A stretch of 64,000 nucleotides of DNA from Selaginella moellendorffii. Lineage: Eukaryota; Plantae; Lycopodiophyta. The notes under the pieces were generated by a model that did no database searches, had not been told where the DNA came from, and saw nothing but the letters and a program-made list of their open reading frames with translations. Below are positions 1 to 12,390 of the stretch, in pieces (position 1 is the stretch's first letter; every line of letters begins with the position of its first letter). Position numbers and translations under genes: made by a program. The stretch covers positions 692,254 to 756,253 of the forward strand of contig NW_003314308.1 of the NCBI RefSeq assembly GCF_000143415.4, given 5' to 3'.

Positions 1-161
1 TGGGGTGGCCTCGATTTCGGGAGCTCTTTGAAACGCCATGTATCCAAGCTCGAAGCCGAACAGGTGAGTGATTAGCTGATCTTTGTAAAGGTTTTCTCAT
101 GTCTATGGTTTTGGGCCAGGCTGCTTGGCGGCGCGCGGCTGAGGATGCAAGGAACAAATAA
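1..161 (+). CDS. 3' end of an unidentified gene (last two exons 1-63 and 120-161)
   Basis: GT-AG intron at 64-119 joins WGGLDFGSSLKRHVSKLEAEQ to AAWRRAAEDARNK*, with TAA at 159-161. Confidence 0.5.
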
Positions 162-610
162 AAAAAGGAAGCGAAGTTTAAGCTGCCGAGAAAATGTTCT
201 CTTCCCGCAACTTAGGAGGAAGAACTGCCCAAAAGATTCCAAGGCTGACTGTTTGTAAAACTCGCTGACAAAACTTCCACTTAACTGGGCAATAGTTACG
301 GGGTAAAGTTGGTAAAGATAGGCATATGCTGTTTTGCCAGCTCATTCCGAAGTTGTGGGCCAGGTCTAAATTTATTAGTGGCCACGATCAATAGCACAGG
401 TGTCCGCCTTGATTTCTGAGAAAAAGAATTATAAAAAGTCCGTGATATTATAGAAAACAAATTCGTTTTCTCCTTTTCTCTTTCAGTCTGAGATCTTCCT
501 CTTTGTTCTGTAGCTCCACCATTTTGTTCCATCCAATCGATGATGTGTGAGATTTGGGCAAGGCTTTTGGTGATAAGGAATGAAGAATAGGAGCGTCTAT
601 CTAGCAGATT

Positions 611-2240
611 ATGGGGAGGGTTAAGCTTGAGATTAAAAAGATTGAGAATGCTACAAACAGGCAGGTGACTTATTCCAAAAGGCGCACTGGCCTTGTCAAG
701 AAGGCTTATGAACTATCAACATTATGTGATATTGATATTGCACTCATTATGTTCTCCCCCTCTGGAAAACTCACACAATATGCCACAGATATGAGGTATT
801 TAATTTGTCTTTTTATTAATTAGCTCTGTATTTACATGAAGGTTCAGGGTGGAGGATGTAATTCTTCGATATGCTAATGTATCTGAAGCTGAGAGGAGCA
901 AAAGGTATAAGATTTTGATTTGATTTTATTTTTTAAGAGGCTTTAATTTTAGAAAAATGGAGAATTGGGAGCAGCTTAGCAGAGCAATCAAGAAACTCAA
1001 GTCAGAGACTGATGGTTCTCAAATTTCCAGGTGATAAAAGTTTTTTTGAATTTTGATTTTTAATATAATTATTTCAGAAATACTATTGACTTTAATAATT
1101 TGGGAGTATAAATATTTATATATTTGTATTTATTATTGATAATTTAGTTTAATGATAGATTTTTTTTTCAGATGATTCAAGAGGAGATTGCAAGGCTGCA
1201 GCTTGAAAATGAACAACTAATTGAACGATTCAAGTATGTGACAAATTATTTTGGAATAATATTTTTAATTATAATTTTCAGGTTTTATCAGGGTGATACT
1301 CAAATTCTAGAACATTTAAGTTATGAGGATTTAGCTAAACTTGAAGAAGAATTAGCTACTACACTTCATCATATACGAATTCGAAAGGTTAGTATTATAA
1401 TTATAATTTAAGCTACTCAAATATAATCAAATACAGCATAATATGGACGTGGAGTTTTGTATGAGGCAAAAACAGGTATATTTTAATTTTTATCTAATAA
1501 TTTTTTATATGTATAAAAATCATATTTAATATTACAGACTGAACATTTCCTCCCTCAGGTAATAATAAATTTATATTAACTATTCTAATTTTGATTTTCA
1601 GCAAGTTTACCACCTTCCACTTCATGCATCAGGAATAAATTCGTTTCCATCCCATTGGTCAGATAGAGACCCTCAAATTATCAAATTCTTGACGTAAGTA
1701 TTCATTTTAATTTATGAGAGTTTATAGTAAAATCTGATAGTTTAATTATTATGGCAGTGAAGAAACATCAGTGGAAGGATCATCAACAGATACATTATAT
1801 TTTGAACAACAGAACAACATACCCTATCAAACTACCCAGCTCAACTTATTTGGAACTCATGGTTTGAGTTTTGACAATGCCAATGGACGTGGACATTGTT
1901 ACATAGGTGACAATAAGAATCCTATTATCTACATAAGTCACAATCCAAATACAAATTTGGAGCACTCCATGGAGCAGCCTCATGGAGATGAGCAACACCA
2001 GCGAGAGATAAGCTTGAATTGGAACTTGGCCTCGCATCCTAACAATCAAATGCCTGATTTATATTCATCCTCCCAGGTACTTTTTTCTTCTCAAAATTCT
2101 AACTCTTTTTGTTTTGCTTTGAAACATCACAGGGGATGAATGACGCTGAGGATGAGAGTACAGAGTCTCGTCTGGGAGAAGACGATGAGCCTGAGGACAA
2201 AGACGATTTGGACAATGTGTTTCATAGCGATGAATCTTGA
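611..2240 (+). CDS. MIKC*-type MADS-box transcription factor, multi-exon
   Basis: Exon 1 (611-795) encodes [54 protein letters not shown], the AGL66/AGL104-like MIKC* signature. Many short exons lie in AT-rich introns ([12 protein letters not shown]-like [15 protein letters not shown] and [13 protein letters not shown]). The acidic last exon is 2133-2240. Confidence 0.9.
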
Positions 2241-2289
2241 CTGAAAGAAGGGGAAAGAAATTCAGCAAGTTTGTGATAAATTGAAGTTC

Positions 2290-2657
2290 TTATTTCTTGT
2301 TCGACTTTGGTTTGTTGATAGTAGCCTCGCGGAATGGAACACGTTTGCCGGCTCGAGGATCAAACTTGACGAGCTCGAGCTTCTGTGGCGAATTGCGAGG
2401 ATTCTTTGTCGAGACGAAGAAGAAACCAGTGTCAGCAGTGGAGATGAGGCGAATTAGCACGCGGCCAGTCTTGGACTTCCCACCCTTTGCCATGGCCACA
2501 ATGGTACCACGAGAATGGAGCTTCCTCTCCAAAACTCCTATTCGAACAAAGCAAAACTACTCATTCCAATGCGAGCGATGTGATTTTCACCTGGGAACGA
2601 ATGGGCTCCAAGTTTGTTGCCCAAGAAGCTCGTCGCCATGCTTGAAGAGATGGCCAT
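2290..2657 (-). CDS. RPL33: Ribosomal protein L33 (mitochondrial/bacterial C-minus type) with an N-terminal plastid-like transit peptide; exons 2657-2591 and 2537-2290, 104 aa
   Basis: L33 core IRLISTADTGFFFVSTKNPRNSPQKLELVKFDPRAGKRVPFRE. A 53-nt GT-AG intron (2538-2590) joins MAISSSMATSFLGNKLGAHSFP in frame to GVLERKLHSRGTIVA-MAKGG. Confidence 0.85.
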
Positions 2658-2811
2658 GGTTGAACAGATAGGGGTTTGTAAGGCCCAAGTGGTTTGATAC
2701 TCAGAGAATATACCCCAACTCTTGGTTCCACCCATTGGAAGTCCTGTTCTTTTGACATGATCACACTGTGGCATTCTTGTGTTCTTCTCGATTCCTCGAG
2801 AAACTTAGTTC

Positions 2812-5514
2812 ATGGTGGCTGGGAGGACTTCTTCTTCCGGCATTCCATACTGGCCCGTGGACACCGTCCTGAGCATCCAGCTACTGACCCAATTCGTGGA
2901 TCGGCTGGAGCGGCGATGCAGCAATCGAGCAGCGGAGGAGTCCGTCTACGCCAGGCTGATGCGAGCGTGCGGGATCTCGGGAGCCCTCGAACAGGGACGT
3001 CGAGTCCACGGTCACGTCCAGCGCCACGCTGACGATCGATCGCTCTTCTTCGGCAACAGGCTGGTAAACATGTACAGGCGATGCAGCAGCCTGGACGAGG
3101 CGAGAAAGGTCTTCGATCGGATGCGCGAGAGGGATGTTGTTTCGTGGACCGCGATGATCTCAGCATATGCCCAGACCGGGCATCAGCGACAGGCACTCGA
3201 TCTCTTCACCGAGATGGCGGGCAGCTCTCTCGACCCAAACCGCGTCACCTTTCTCGCTTTGCTCGAAGCCTGCGACTCGCCCGAGTTCCTGGAAGATGGA
3301 AAGCAGATCCACGCTCGGGTCTCGGCGCTCCAGCTGCTGGAATCCGACGTTCCGGTGGCAAATGCGGTGATGGGGATGTACAGGAAGTGCGAGAGAGCAG
3401 ATCTAGCGATGGCAGTATTTAGCGAAATGCGTGAGAGGGATTTGATTTCCTGGAACAACGCTATTGCAGCAAATGCCGAGTCGGGGGATTACACGTTTAC
3501 GTTGGCGCTGCTCAAGAGCATGCAGCTGGAAGGAATGGCGCCGGACAAGGTGACCTTTGTGAGCGCGCTCAATGCTTGTATTGGATCGCGCTCGCTAAGC
3601 AATGGGCGATTGATCCACGCGCTGGTGCTGGAGCGAGGCATGGAGGGCGATGTAGTGCTGGGCACCGCGCTGGTGACGATGTATGGGCGATGCGGGTGCC
3701 TGGAGAGCGCGCGAGAGATCTTCCACCGCATGCCCGAGAGGAACGTCGTGTCATGGAACGCGATGGTGGCGTCGTGCACGTTAAACGCCCACTTTGCCGA
3801 GGCGATCGAGCTCTTCAAGAGGATGGTGGCGGTGGCGATGGTGGAGCCGACGCGAGTGAGCTTCATCACCGTCCTCAACGCGGTCACGACCCCGGAGGCG
3901 CTGGCGGAGGGGCGGAGGATCCACGCGATGATCCAAGAGCGCCAGCTTCTTTCCCAGATCGAGGTGGCCAACGCGCTAGTGACGATGTATGGCCGGTGTG
4001 GCGGCGTTGGAGACGCCGAGAGAGTCTTCTCCGCGATGGAGAGGCGAGACCTCGTGTCCTGGAACGCGATGATCTCGGCCTATGCCCAGTCAGGCCTCGC
4101 TCGCGAGGTGGTGAATCTCTTCCATAGAATGCGAGCCGAGCGTGTTCCTCCCGATCGCATCACCTTCCTCATGGCTCTGGACGCCTGCGCCGAGATACGC
4201 GATCTGGATTCCGGAAGAACAGTCCACCACCTTAGCGTCGAGAGTGGATTTGGATCGTGCATCTCCGTCGCGAACGCCACCATGCATCTCTACTCGAGCT
4301 GTTCTTCTTCCTCGAGTTCTTCTTCGTCGCTCATGGAGGTGGTGGCCGGGATCTTCGAGAGCATGGCCGCCCGCGACGTGATCTCCTGGAACACGATGAT
4401 CACTGGCTACGTCCAGGCCGGCGATTCATTCTCGGCTCTCTCCATCTTCAAGCGCATGCTCCTCGAGGGGATCCGCGGGAACCAGGTGACTTTCATGTCC
4501 CTCCTCAGCGTCTGTGACTCGCGAGCTTTTCTTCGACAGGGAGAGACAATCCACCGCCGCGTCATCAATCAAACGCCGGAGCTCTCCTCGGATCCCATCG
4601 TCGCCGCGGCCATCGTCAACATGTATGGCAAATGCGGCGAGCTCGACACTGCTCGCCATCTCTTCGAGGATACGAGCCACCGGAACTTGGCGTCGTGGAA
4701 CTCGATGATCTCGGCCTACGCTCTCCACGGACGAGCCGAGCAGGCGTTTGATCTCTCGGAGCGGATGCGCAGGGAGGGAGTTCTTCCGGACCGAGTGACT
4801 TTCATCACGCTGCTCAATGCCTGCGTCGCCGGAGGAGCTGTCCGCCATGGAAAGATGATCCACGCCCGGATCATCGACAGTGGGCTGGAGAAGGACACGG
4901 TGGTGGCGAACGCGCTCGTCAACTTCTACTCCAAGTGTGGGAACTTGGACACCGCCACCTCGCTGTTTGGAGCTCTGGATTACCGCGACGTCGTGTCCTG
5001 GAACGGGATCATCGCTGGCTTTGCACACAACGGCCACGCTCGCGAGGCTCTCAAGTCGATGTGGCTGATGCAGCAGGACGGCGTGAGGCCGGACGCCATA
5101 ACTTTCCTCACCATCCTCTCCGCCAGCAGCCATGCCGGCTTCCTCCGCCAAGGTGGTGACGACTTTGTGTCCATGGCCGTGGATCACGAGCTGGAGCGAG
5201 GCGTCGAGCACTACGGCTGCATGATCGACTTGCTGGGACGAGCCGGGAGGATTGGCGATGCCGAATACTTTGTGAGCGCGATGCGGGACGAGGACAAGGA
5301 GGTGTCGTGGATGACGCTGCTGTCGGCATGTGAGGTGCACGGGGACGAGGAGCGGGCCAAAAGAGTTGCCGGGAGCATTGTGGAGATGAATCCGCAGCAC
5401 TCGAGCGCCTATGTGGCTCTCTCCAACTTGTACGCGACTTGTGGTGACGGGAGCTTTCGCTTCAAGAGGCCCAGGCTCAAGAAAAGCTTGCTCGCTAAGT
5501 CGAGTTCTGGATAA
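2812..5514 (+). CDS. PLS-class pentatricopeptide repeat protein with C-terminal E domain (organellar RNA-editing factor type), intronless
   Basis: Repeated P-L-S motifs (RDVVSWTAMISAYAQ, PDKVTFVSALNAC, LVTMYGRCG). The C-terminus has HYGCMIDLLGRAG...SWMTLLSACEVHGD...SSAYVALSNLY and no DYW domain. Confidence 0.92.
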   Translation: MVAGRTSSSGIPYWPVDTVLSIQLLTQFVDRLERRCSNRAAEESVYARLMRACGISGALEQGRRVHGHVQRHADDRSLFFGNRLVNMYRRCSSLDEARKVFDRMRERDVVSWTAMISAYAQTGHQRQALDLFTEMAGSSLDPNRVTFLALLEACDSPEFLEDGKQIHARVSALQLLESDVPVANAVMGMYRKCERADLAMAVFSEMRERDLISWNNAIAANAESGDYTFTLALLKSMQLEGMAPDKVTFVSALNACIGSRSLSNGRLIHALVLERGMEGDVVLGTALVTMYGRCGCLESAREIFHRMPERNVVSWNAMVASCTLNAHFAEAIELFKRMVAVAMVEPTRVSFITVLNAVTTPEALAEGRRIHAMIQERQLLSQIEVANALVTMYGRCGGVGDAERVFSAMERRDLVSWNAMISAYAQSGLAREVVNLFHRMRAERVPPDRITFLMALDACAEIRDLDSGRTVHHLSVESGFGSCISVANATMHLYSSCSSSSSSSSSLMEVVAGIFESMAARDVISWNTMITGYVQAGDSFSALSIFKRMLLEGIRGNQVTFMSLLSVCDSRAFLRQGETIHRRVINQTPELSSDPIVAAAIVNMYGKCGELDTARHLFEDTSHRNLASWNSMISAYALHGRAEQAFDLSERMRREGVLPDRVTFITLLNACVAGGAVRHGKMIHARIIDSGLEKDTVVANALVNFYSKCGNLDTATSLFGALDYRDVVSWNGIIAGFAHNGHAREALKSMWLMQQDGVRPDAITFLTILSASSHAGFLRQGGDDFVSMAVDHELERGVEHYGCMIDLLGRAGRIGDAEYFVSAMRDEDKEVSWMTLLSACEVHGDEERAKRVAGSIVEMNPQHSSAYVALSNLYATCGDGSFRFKRPRLKKSLLAKSSSG

Positions 5515-5700
5515 CTTACTTCGATCTAGGAGTAGACACACAGTGAAAACATGACAAAGGAAATGTAAATTACGATTGCTTTCCTGATAACAAAGACGCT
5601 GACATATGCTCGACATATCCTATATCCTGGAATGAAGAGAAGGATTGTCAGTATGATCTCGAGCAAAAAGATATAGTAGACTTCCTACCTCCTGAGTCAG

Positions 5701-8700
5701 CTACATGAGAGATGCCACTTTTGGACGTAGACTCTTTGCAAGGTCTTCGAAGCTCCTCGAGAGCTGGATCTCGTCAATGCTCACTTGAAACATGCCGTCG
5801 CCAGCATCAGCCATGTCGGTGAGAAGTTTCTTCGCGGAATTGGTCGGATCGGTCGCAAACATGATGGTGTGAAAGATGAGACTCTGTTCCAGCTTCTTGA
5901 GTTGGTTCACGCAGTGCACGGGATCCAAACCTCCATAGTTGTCACCATCGCTCAGAAACACCACTGCGGGACTCTTGCCGGCCACTGCTGGATCACTGAC
6001 CGAGCGAACTAGAATCTCTTCAACGCGAGCAATCCCGGACGAGTAAACAGTTCCCCCGGCGTCTTCAAAAGTGAGAAGCTTGTCCACCTGAGGCTCGGAC
6101 ATGTGCTCCCGCTCCATCGCGATCTGTCCGTGGTCGTCAAAGAGAACCACTGACATTACGTCTTGAAGGTTGGCGGCTATGCGGGTCCGAATGAAACGAA
6201 CCATGGCCTCGAAGACGCAGCCGAGACGGTTCTCCGGGAACTTGACCATCTTCGGTTTAATGTCCGGCGATCCCATGGATCCTGATCGATCCACCACAAA
6301 AATGACATGGCTGGACACGTCTTTGGAGTGGTTGCACGCAAACTTGTGTCCGTCTTCAGTCACGTAGCCTGTATAAGAGATTTCTTTGGGCACTGGATCG
6401 TGCCACAGCTTCTCAATGCAATACGATTTTCCTGCAGCCTGGAAAGTACTGCCACCTGCAAAGAAAAAAAAAAAGAGAGTCATGCGAACTAAGAGCTTCG
6501 AAACGTAGATTACCTGAGCTGCTACCGCTGCCGTTGTGTTCTATAGATTGGCAGCAGTGGCCGCAGAGAGCAAACTGCCTCTGGTCGTCTTCCGAGCAGG
6601 GATCCTTAAATTTCATATTCTTCCAGTACGTTGCATGTGTGAGCTCGTCTTTTGGAGTGTCGAAGTCTGGACCATATCTCACAGTCGCGTGACGAGCTCC
6701 TTCCAAAAATTTTACCTTGCCGCAGACACCGTCGTCCTTCTGGTCCTTCTCGCAAACAGCCAGGTGGATATGTCCACGGCCTCTAGCTTTGCAGTGCATC
6801 ATGCACATCTCAGCCGCACCAGACTCTCCCCACTCGTACTTCCGCCCCTCGATCTCGACTTCCTCACTTTCGGCTACGAAAGTTTGCTGCGTCATGTTGC
6901 CGTGAGTTGTATCGTGAAGTCCTGGATGATCGATTGGCAAGTGGCAAAAGTAGCCACACCCCTGGCATTTCGACTCGCAGAAGTGGACGGCATCCGGATT
7001 GACGGTGTGCAAATGCTGGCCTGGATGCTCCAGCTCAAAAGGTGGTATCGGAATGCAGCACAGCTTCTTCTTCCCATTCTGCTCGGAGACGTAGTCGTAC
7101 TCAAAGGTCGAGCGCTTTCCCTGGAATGTGCGACTCTTCTTTAGAACTTCAGTGAGAACCACGCAGTTACCCTTGCATTCACAGTCGTTCGGACACTGGT
7201 GCTCGTTCCCGCAGAGATGGACTCTAGCCTTGAGCGAGTGGAAGTGGTCCTCCATAGCACATTTCCTGTTGCACCCGTCCATGGTACACTCGCTGACGCA
7301 CATCTTCTCGTGGCAGGTATGAGTGTGGTCGATCACCGCCAGAGGATAAACGCAGGTATTTCTACACCCCGGAAGCGAGCAGTCCTCCTTGCACATATGC
7401 TGCTTCGAGTTGCAAGTGTGTTCGCCATGGTGTGCGATTTTGAGAGTGCAAGCCTTGTTGCAGTTGGACGACTTCTCCCAGAGGTGGCACGTCTCTCCAC
7501 AGGTGTGGCTCTTGAGCTTGCAGTCGTGCAGACCTTCGTGACCAGCCTTGTCCACGCAGCGCTCCATACTCGAAGCCTCCTCCTTGCAAAACGAGCAGTA
7601 CTCCTTGCAGCGATGGCTACCTTTGCAGCTGTGATGACCCGGATGTGCCTTCTCCAAGATGCAACGAAGAAAGCACTGCCCACACTTGCAGCTACACAGC
7701 GCCAGTTTGTCTTTCACATCCGCCACTGCCGCTGTAACTTCCAGAAGCAGCTTCTGGACATCACCGTCCGATGAGAAGTCACGGGTGTTGGCTTTGATCC
7801 AGTTAGCCACTCGAGTCTTGCGTCTCTCTGCTAGAGATCCCAGGAAATTCTCCAAGGACGCGTGCCATTCTTCGTCGCTACATAGACTCTCTTCGCGGGG
7901 CACCACCTTCTCAAACTCCGGTATCAGCTTCTCCAAAACTGTGTTGGCGACGTCCATTTCTTCGTATCCGGCAAGCTGAAGACGTGTGTCGAGAACGTCG
8001 AACGTGTGACCACTCACGAGAATTGGCTCGTCTTCAAACTTGTCCTCCGAATCAAAGTCGACCAGCTCTCTTTTCTCGTCGCCTGCGAGACATCCCAGAG
8101 CTATGGCTGTCCTCAAGTGCTTCCTCAGCATACTGACTTTGAAGCCGATCCTTTTGGTGTCGATAGGAGACCAGTCCTTGGAACAGATCTGTGCTATCAC
8201 CAGCTTCAAATCTCTCAGGAAACTCTTCCCAGTCTGGTGCACCGCATCAAGCCCTTCGACAGTCGCAGCGATCTGCGATATGCTCTCGTGGAATTCCTTC
8301 CGGTTGAAAGGTGGCATGGCTGAAATCTCCACAAGACCCCCGTACATTCTCGTCAGGAAGTTGTCTTTGGACTTGTTGCAAATGTAGAGGATCTTCGAGT
8401 AGAACTCTTCGCGAAGATCGTCAACATCAGCTGCATCTACGTCTTTGATGGCCATGTAAAACAGTCCTTTGAAGAGCTTGTCATCGTCTTTCACCAAGCT
8501 CACACCGTTTTGGAACCGTTCGAACACGGCCTCCGTTTCCTTGTCAAGGTGGAAATCCTGGACCAGAAAAACCAACATTTTAGTAACATTGCATTAGCAA
8601 ACAAATGCAAACTGACCTTCTTGTTGAACAAAGTTATGTTGCTGATGGCAGCATTCAGGATGGCCAGCAACATATCCTCCTGCTCACTTCGCTCGAAGCT

Positions 8701-11700
8701 TCCAAGTCCTTCGAAATCCAGAATAATAAACATGCAGTCCTCACTGGCCCGGCAAGTCATCCACACGCCATCCGTGCAGCGTCCACCGGCAACGTCAAGG
8801 ACCGAGCCACTCAGGTGATTCAAGAGGTACGACTTTCCACTGCTCTGCTTCCCCATCGAGGAGATAACTTTCACAGGCCCCGTCCAGCTTTCGAGAAGAG
8901 CATCGTAAACGCTGAACTGAATGATGCCTGCAAGCTGGATAGCGTCTCCATAGCTCACGTCTGCTGCCATCTCCAGTCCATCGATCAGAGGCCTCAAGTT
9001 GTTGTTTTGAGCTCGAGCGATCTGCACCGGAACGAGAGACATCAACTGACGCAGAAACTCGCTCATGTTCCTGTCCTCTGGCTGCACCAGCATTCCTGAG
9101 TCGCTGAAGAACTGCAGATCGAAGAGGATCCTCAGGCCCGAGAAATCCTTGCCCTTGTCCTTCTCCAGCTGCTGGACGATTCTTTCCGCATGGCTGGTGA
9201 GCTTTCTTCTTGCTAACATCGGGTCGCCTCTCAAGACGTCTACCACCAAAGAAAACCGGAGAATCCTCGAAGAATTAATGAGCGGAGGACTCACTGCATA
9301 TTTGTCGAAGACATGGTAGATGTAGTCGAGCTCGTGACACATCGATTCCTCACTTTCTGCTGGTGCCACTTCTGCCTTGGTAAAAGAGTCCCTGACGAGC
9401 TGACAGCTTTGGGAGGACACCGTTACTTTCAGACACAGCGACCGCACCACATTCATATCCTCTCCATCACTGATTAGCATCTGCATCTGCGTCCCAAAAT
9501 TCGCCACTGCAAGCTGGAAGTTACTCCCATTCTTGACTGCTACTCCCAAGTCCACTGCTTTCATGCGTTCCAAACCGTCATCGAGTCTGTAAATTTCAGC
9601 TGAAAGTGCCGCTCCAACTTCCGACGGGCCACCACACACTGCGACCAGGCAGAGGCCATCCGCTGTCAAGCAAGGCCTCAGGAACGAAGTTGGAAGCTGG
9701 ATGACTCGCGGCTTCATCATTCCTGGTTGTACCGCTTCAAAAACCCGGACACAGAAGTCCTCGTCCGCCACTAAGAGCTCCTCTCTGCCGGGTATGAACT
9801 CCATCCAGGTGATGTTCCTGCTGCCACTGTAGTTGCTGAGTAGAATCGTGACCCCGTTCCACATCAGCTCGCGGAACGACTCGTCAAACCGGTATACTTT
9901 GATCATTGCTCCCGAGACGTCGTATAGAGCGATGAACCTCAAGACCTCGTCATAAGCAACAAGATCCACGCCCCTGCTAAAAGTCTTGACGCGCATCTTT
10001 GAGCTTGGAACGCTCAAGTGTGCTCCCAAACTCGGGCATAAGTATATGCTCAGCTGCGAATTCTGGAGTCCTCTGACGAAAACGAGCACCTGTCCAGACT
10101 TCAGGAAGACGACTTTAGACAGTCCAAACTCGCTAGCTTCCAAGTCCACCACGTCACACCTTTGAGAGCACTTGAGGGTGATAAAGTGCTCGCGGTTTTG
10201 CATCTGAACTTCCAGATCTTTCTTTGTAGGCAGCAACTCGACAGCTTTCCAGGAGACACGCTCATTTTGAGTGATTTCTCTTCTGAAACGAATCTGGACC
10301 CGGTCGCTGTAAGCCTCTGAAACGCAAGTGTCCAACAAGACTTTCGGACGTGTGTCGTTGGGATCCCACAGTTTCGCTCGAAACTCTGCTACGCATTCGG
10401 ACTTCTTGGACTTGATAGCTTGCTTCAGTTGCTCCCGTTTCTCCGTCAACTCAGAAGTGGCCGTTGACTTCAAAAAGCCAAAGAGAACTTCCTCGGAGCC
10501 TTCAAAGATACTGCTGAAGAACTTCATCCGACCAGTTCTGTAGACCTCAGCACACCAAGGAAGTATCTTGTCTTCTGCCTCCAAAACAAATGGTCCAGCT
10601 GAAGCCCGTATTTCTTGCCACCTTTCCTCGCATAACCTCGCATTGGACGCATACTGGAACTGGTTCTTATCCGCAAGCACGCAATGGAAAAGAACCTCGT
10701 CATCTGCTTCTTCGGGAATACCCAGCATGGCTTTGTGAGAGATCACAAAGTCCGCAAGCACAACTTTCCCCTCCAGAGCCACCACCTCCTTGGCGAACGA
10801 ATCTATCCATGAGTGAATCCCGGAATCGACCTTGGTGAAGCCAACATCGTAGATTGTCGACCCTCTCCAGTTTAATATCCCAACTATGACGGCCAGCGTA
10901 AATCTGTCGTTCGTGAACACTGGACCGGTTCTGCGACTAGAAGAAAGTTTGAAGGTGGCAGTGGAGTTTTTCTCATTAACCGCAGAAAGCATGTCACCAT
11001 ACCGCACCGGACCTGACTTTCTCGTATCAGCGGACAGAATGGTGTAGGAGCCACCAAAAATGTCAAAGGTAACTCTCGAGCCGATGAACACGATTGAACC
11101 TCTGTGACTGTTGAGCACGCTGGCCAGCCTCGACTCCAAAGTCTCCACAGCCTTGGTGTCCAAATCTCGAGTCGACTTGCCTGGCTTATCACAGTATTCC
11201 AGAAACTCTAGAATACTTGCACCACTCAGCTGACATGGTGAAACTTCCCCATGGACTTTCGAGTAGGCCATCTCCTCCCAGGGAAAATGGAGCCTCAGGT
11301 AAGCCTTCAACCCCTCGGCCAAAGTTTGTAGCACAGATATCTTCCTCACGGTTAGGTAGTCTTCCGTGTTGGAGAGTTTTCTGGACTCCACGTCCATGGA
11401 TCTATCGAGCGCACGGAGACTGTCGGACAAAGTGTCAAAACCATTCAGCTTCGCTGCGTTTGCAAAGAGAAGAAAGCCGATTTCGCTCAGCTTACTGAGG
11501 TCGAGGCAGAGATCTTTCCACTCCGCCATCTTTTCAGGCACGTATGATCGAGAAACTGTCCATTCTCCAGACACAAGCTTCGTTTCCGGAGTGTACTTCT
11601 CGGGAACAAGCAACGCGCAGCGATGAAAGCCTTCACTCCACATTGAACAGTATCCAGACGCCACAGGTGGGAGACCTTTCAGGCGCAGCTCAAAGCCTGG

Positions 11701-12390
11701 TAGCACCCCAAAGTCATTCTCCGACGAGTTCACGACCGATATCTGCAGCCTCTGGATCCGATTCTTTTTCGCCGCCACCCTCACCACTGAAGAAACATTC
11801 GCACCGCCATCTTCAACTTCCATGCAGCAGTAGACCGCGTCGCAAAGGTCCAAGAGGTAGCGTATGAAGTTGCAAGAGATGTCACCCCGTCGTGCAGCCG
11901 AGAACTTCTTATCCGGATGCCAGTAGAAGAGCACAAGCTTCTTCTCCTCGAACAGAGCTCCGTAAAGTCCAGGCAGAAGGGAGTCCTCTCGAAGCTGTGT
12001 CACCGTCTCTTCCGGAAGTTGGCCGTGCTGCAGTAGAACTTTGGCCAGAATGCGTTTGCTCCCGTAGAGCCCCACCGTGGCTAGAACGGAGCTGTCCAGC
12101 CGAGAGAGATCCAAGATCCAGCGGCCGCTAGATGTTGACTTAACCGAGCCTGGCGCCACAGCGTTGAAGAAGGCAAAGATGTCCTCTCGATTGATTAGCA
12201 CCTTTTCGACGAAGCTCAAGTCTTGCTTGTCCGACTTTACCCCGATCAAGTTGAAAAGAGCGTTCGCTGGAGGTGATACCTGGACGACTTCCATCGGATC
12301 GCCAAGAACAGGAGGTATTTCATTGTCGACGTAGTCGCGCTCAGGATTCGCGTCCACCACCTCGAAATCGTCAGCCGCGCCTCCTCCCAT
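5701..12390 (-). CDS. Giant ~2190-aa protein: N-terminal unknown region, probable beta-propeller, VLIG/GBP(GB1/RHD3)-type GTPase, Cys/His-rich repeats, C-terminal vWA; exons 12390-8617, 8557-6514, 6455-5701
   Basis: GTPase motifs G1 MGKQSSGKS, G2 GGRCTDGVW, G3 DFEG. GT-AG introns 8558-8616 and 6456-6513 join the three ORFs in frame. Repeats of the form HxGxHxC...C..C follow. The vWA has MIDAS motifs VVDRSGSMG, GGTVY and FLSDG. Confidence 0.85.

Noticed and set aside
4426-5616. 396-aa antisense ORF (and similar long shadows such as 16548..17582 and 7199..7774)
   Set aside because: Opposite-strand shadows of GC-rich PPR and GTPase coding sequence, with no recognisable motifs.
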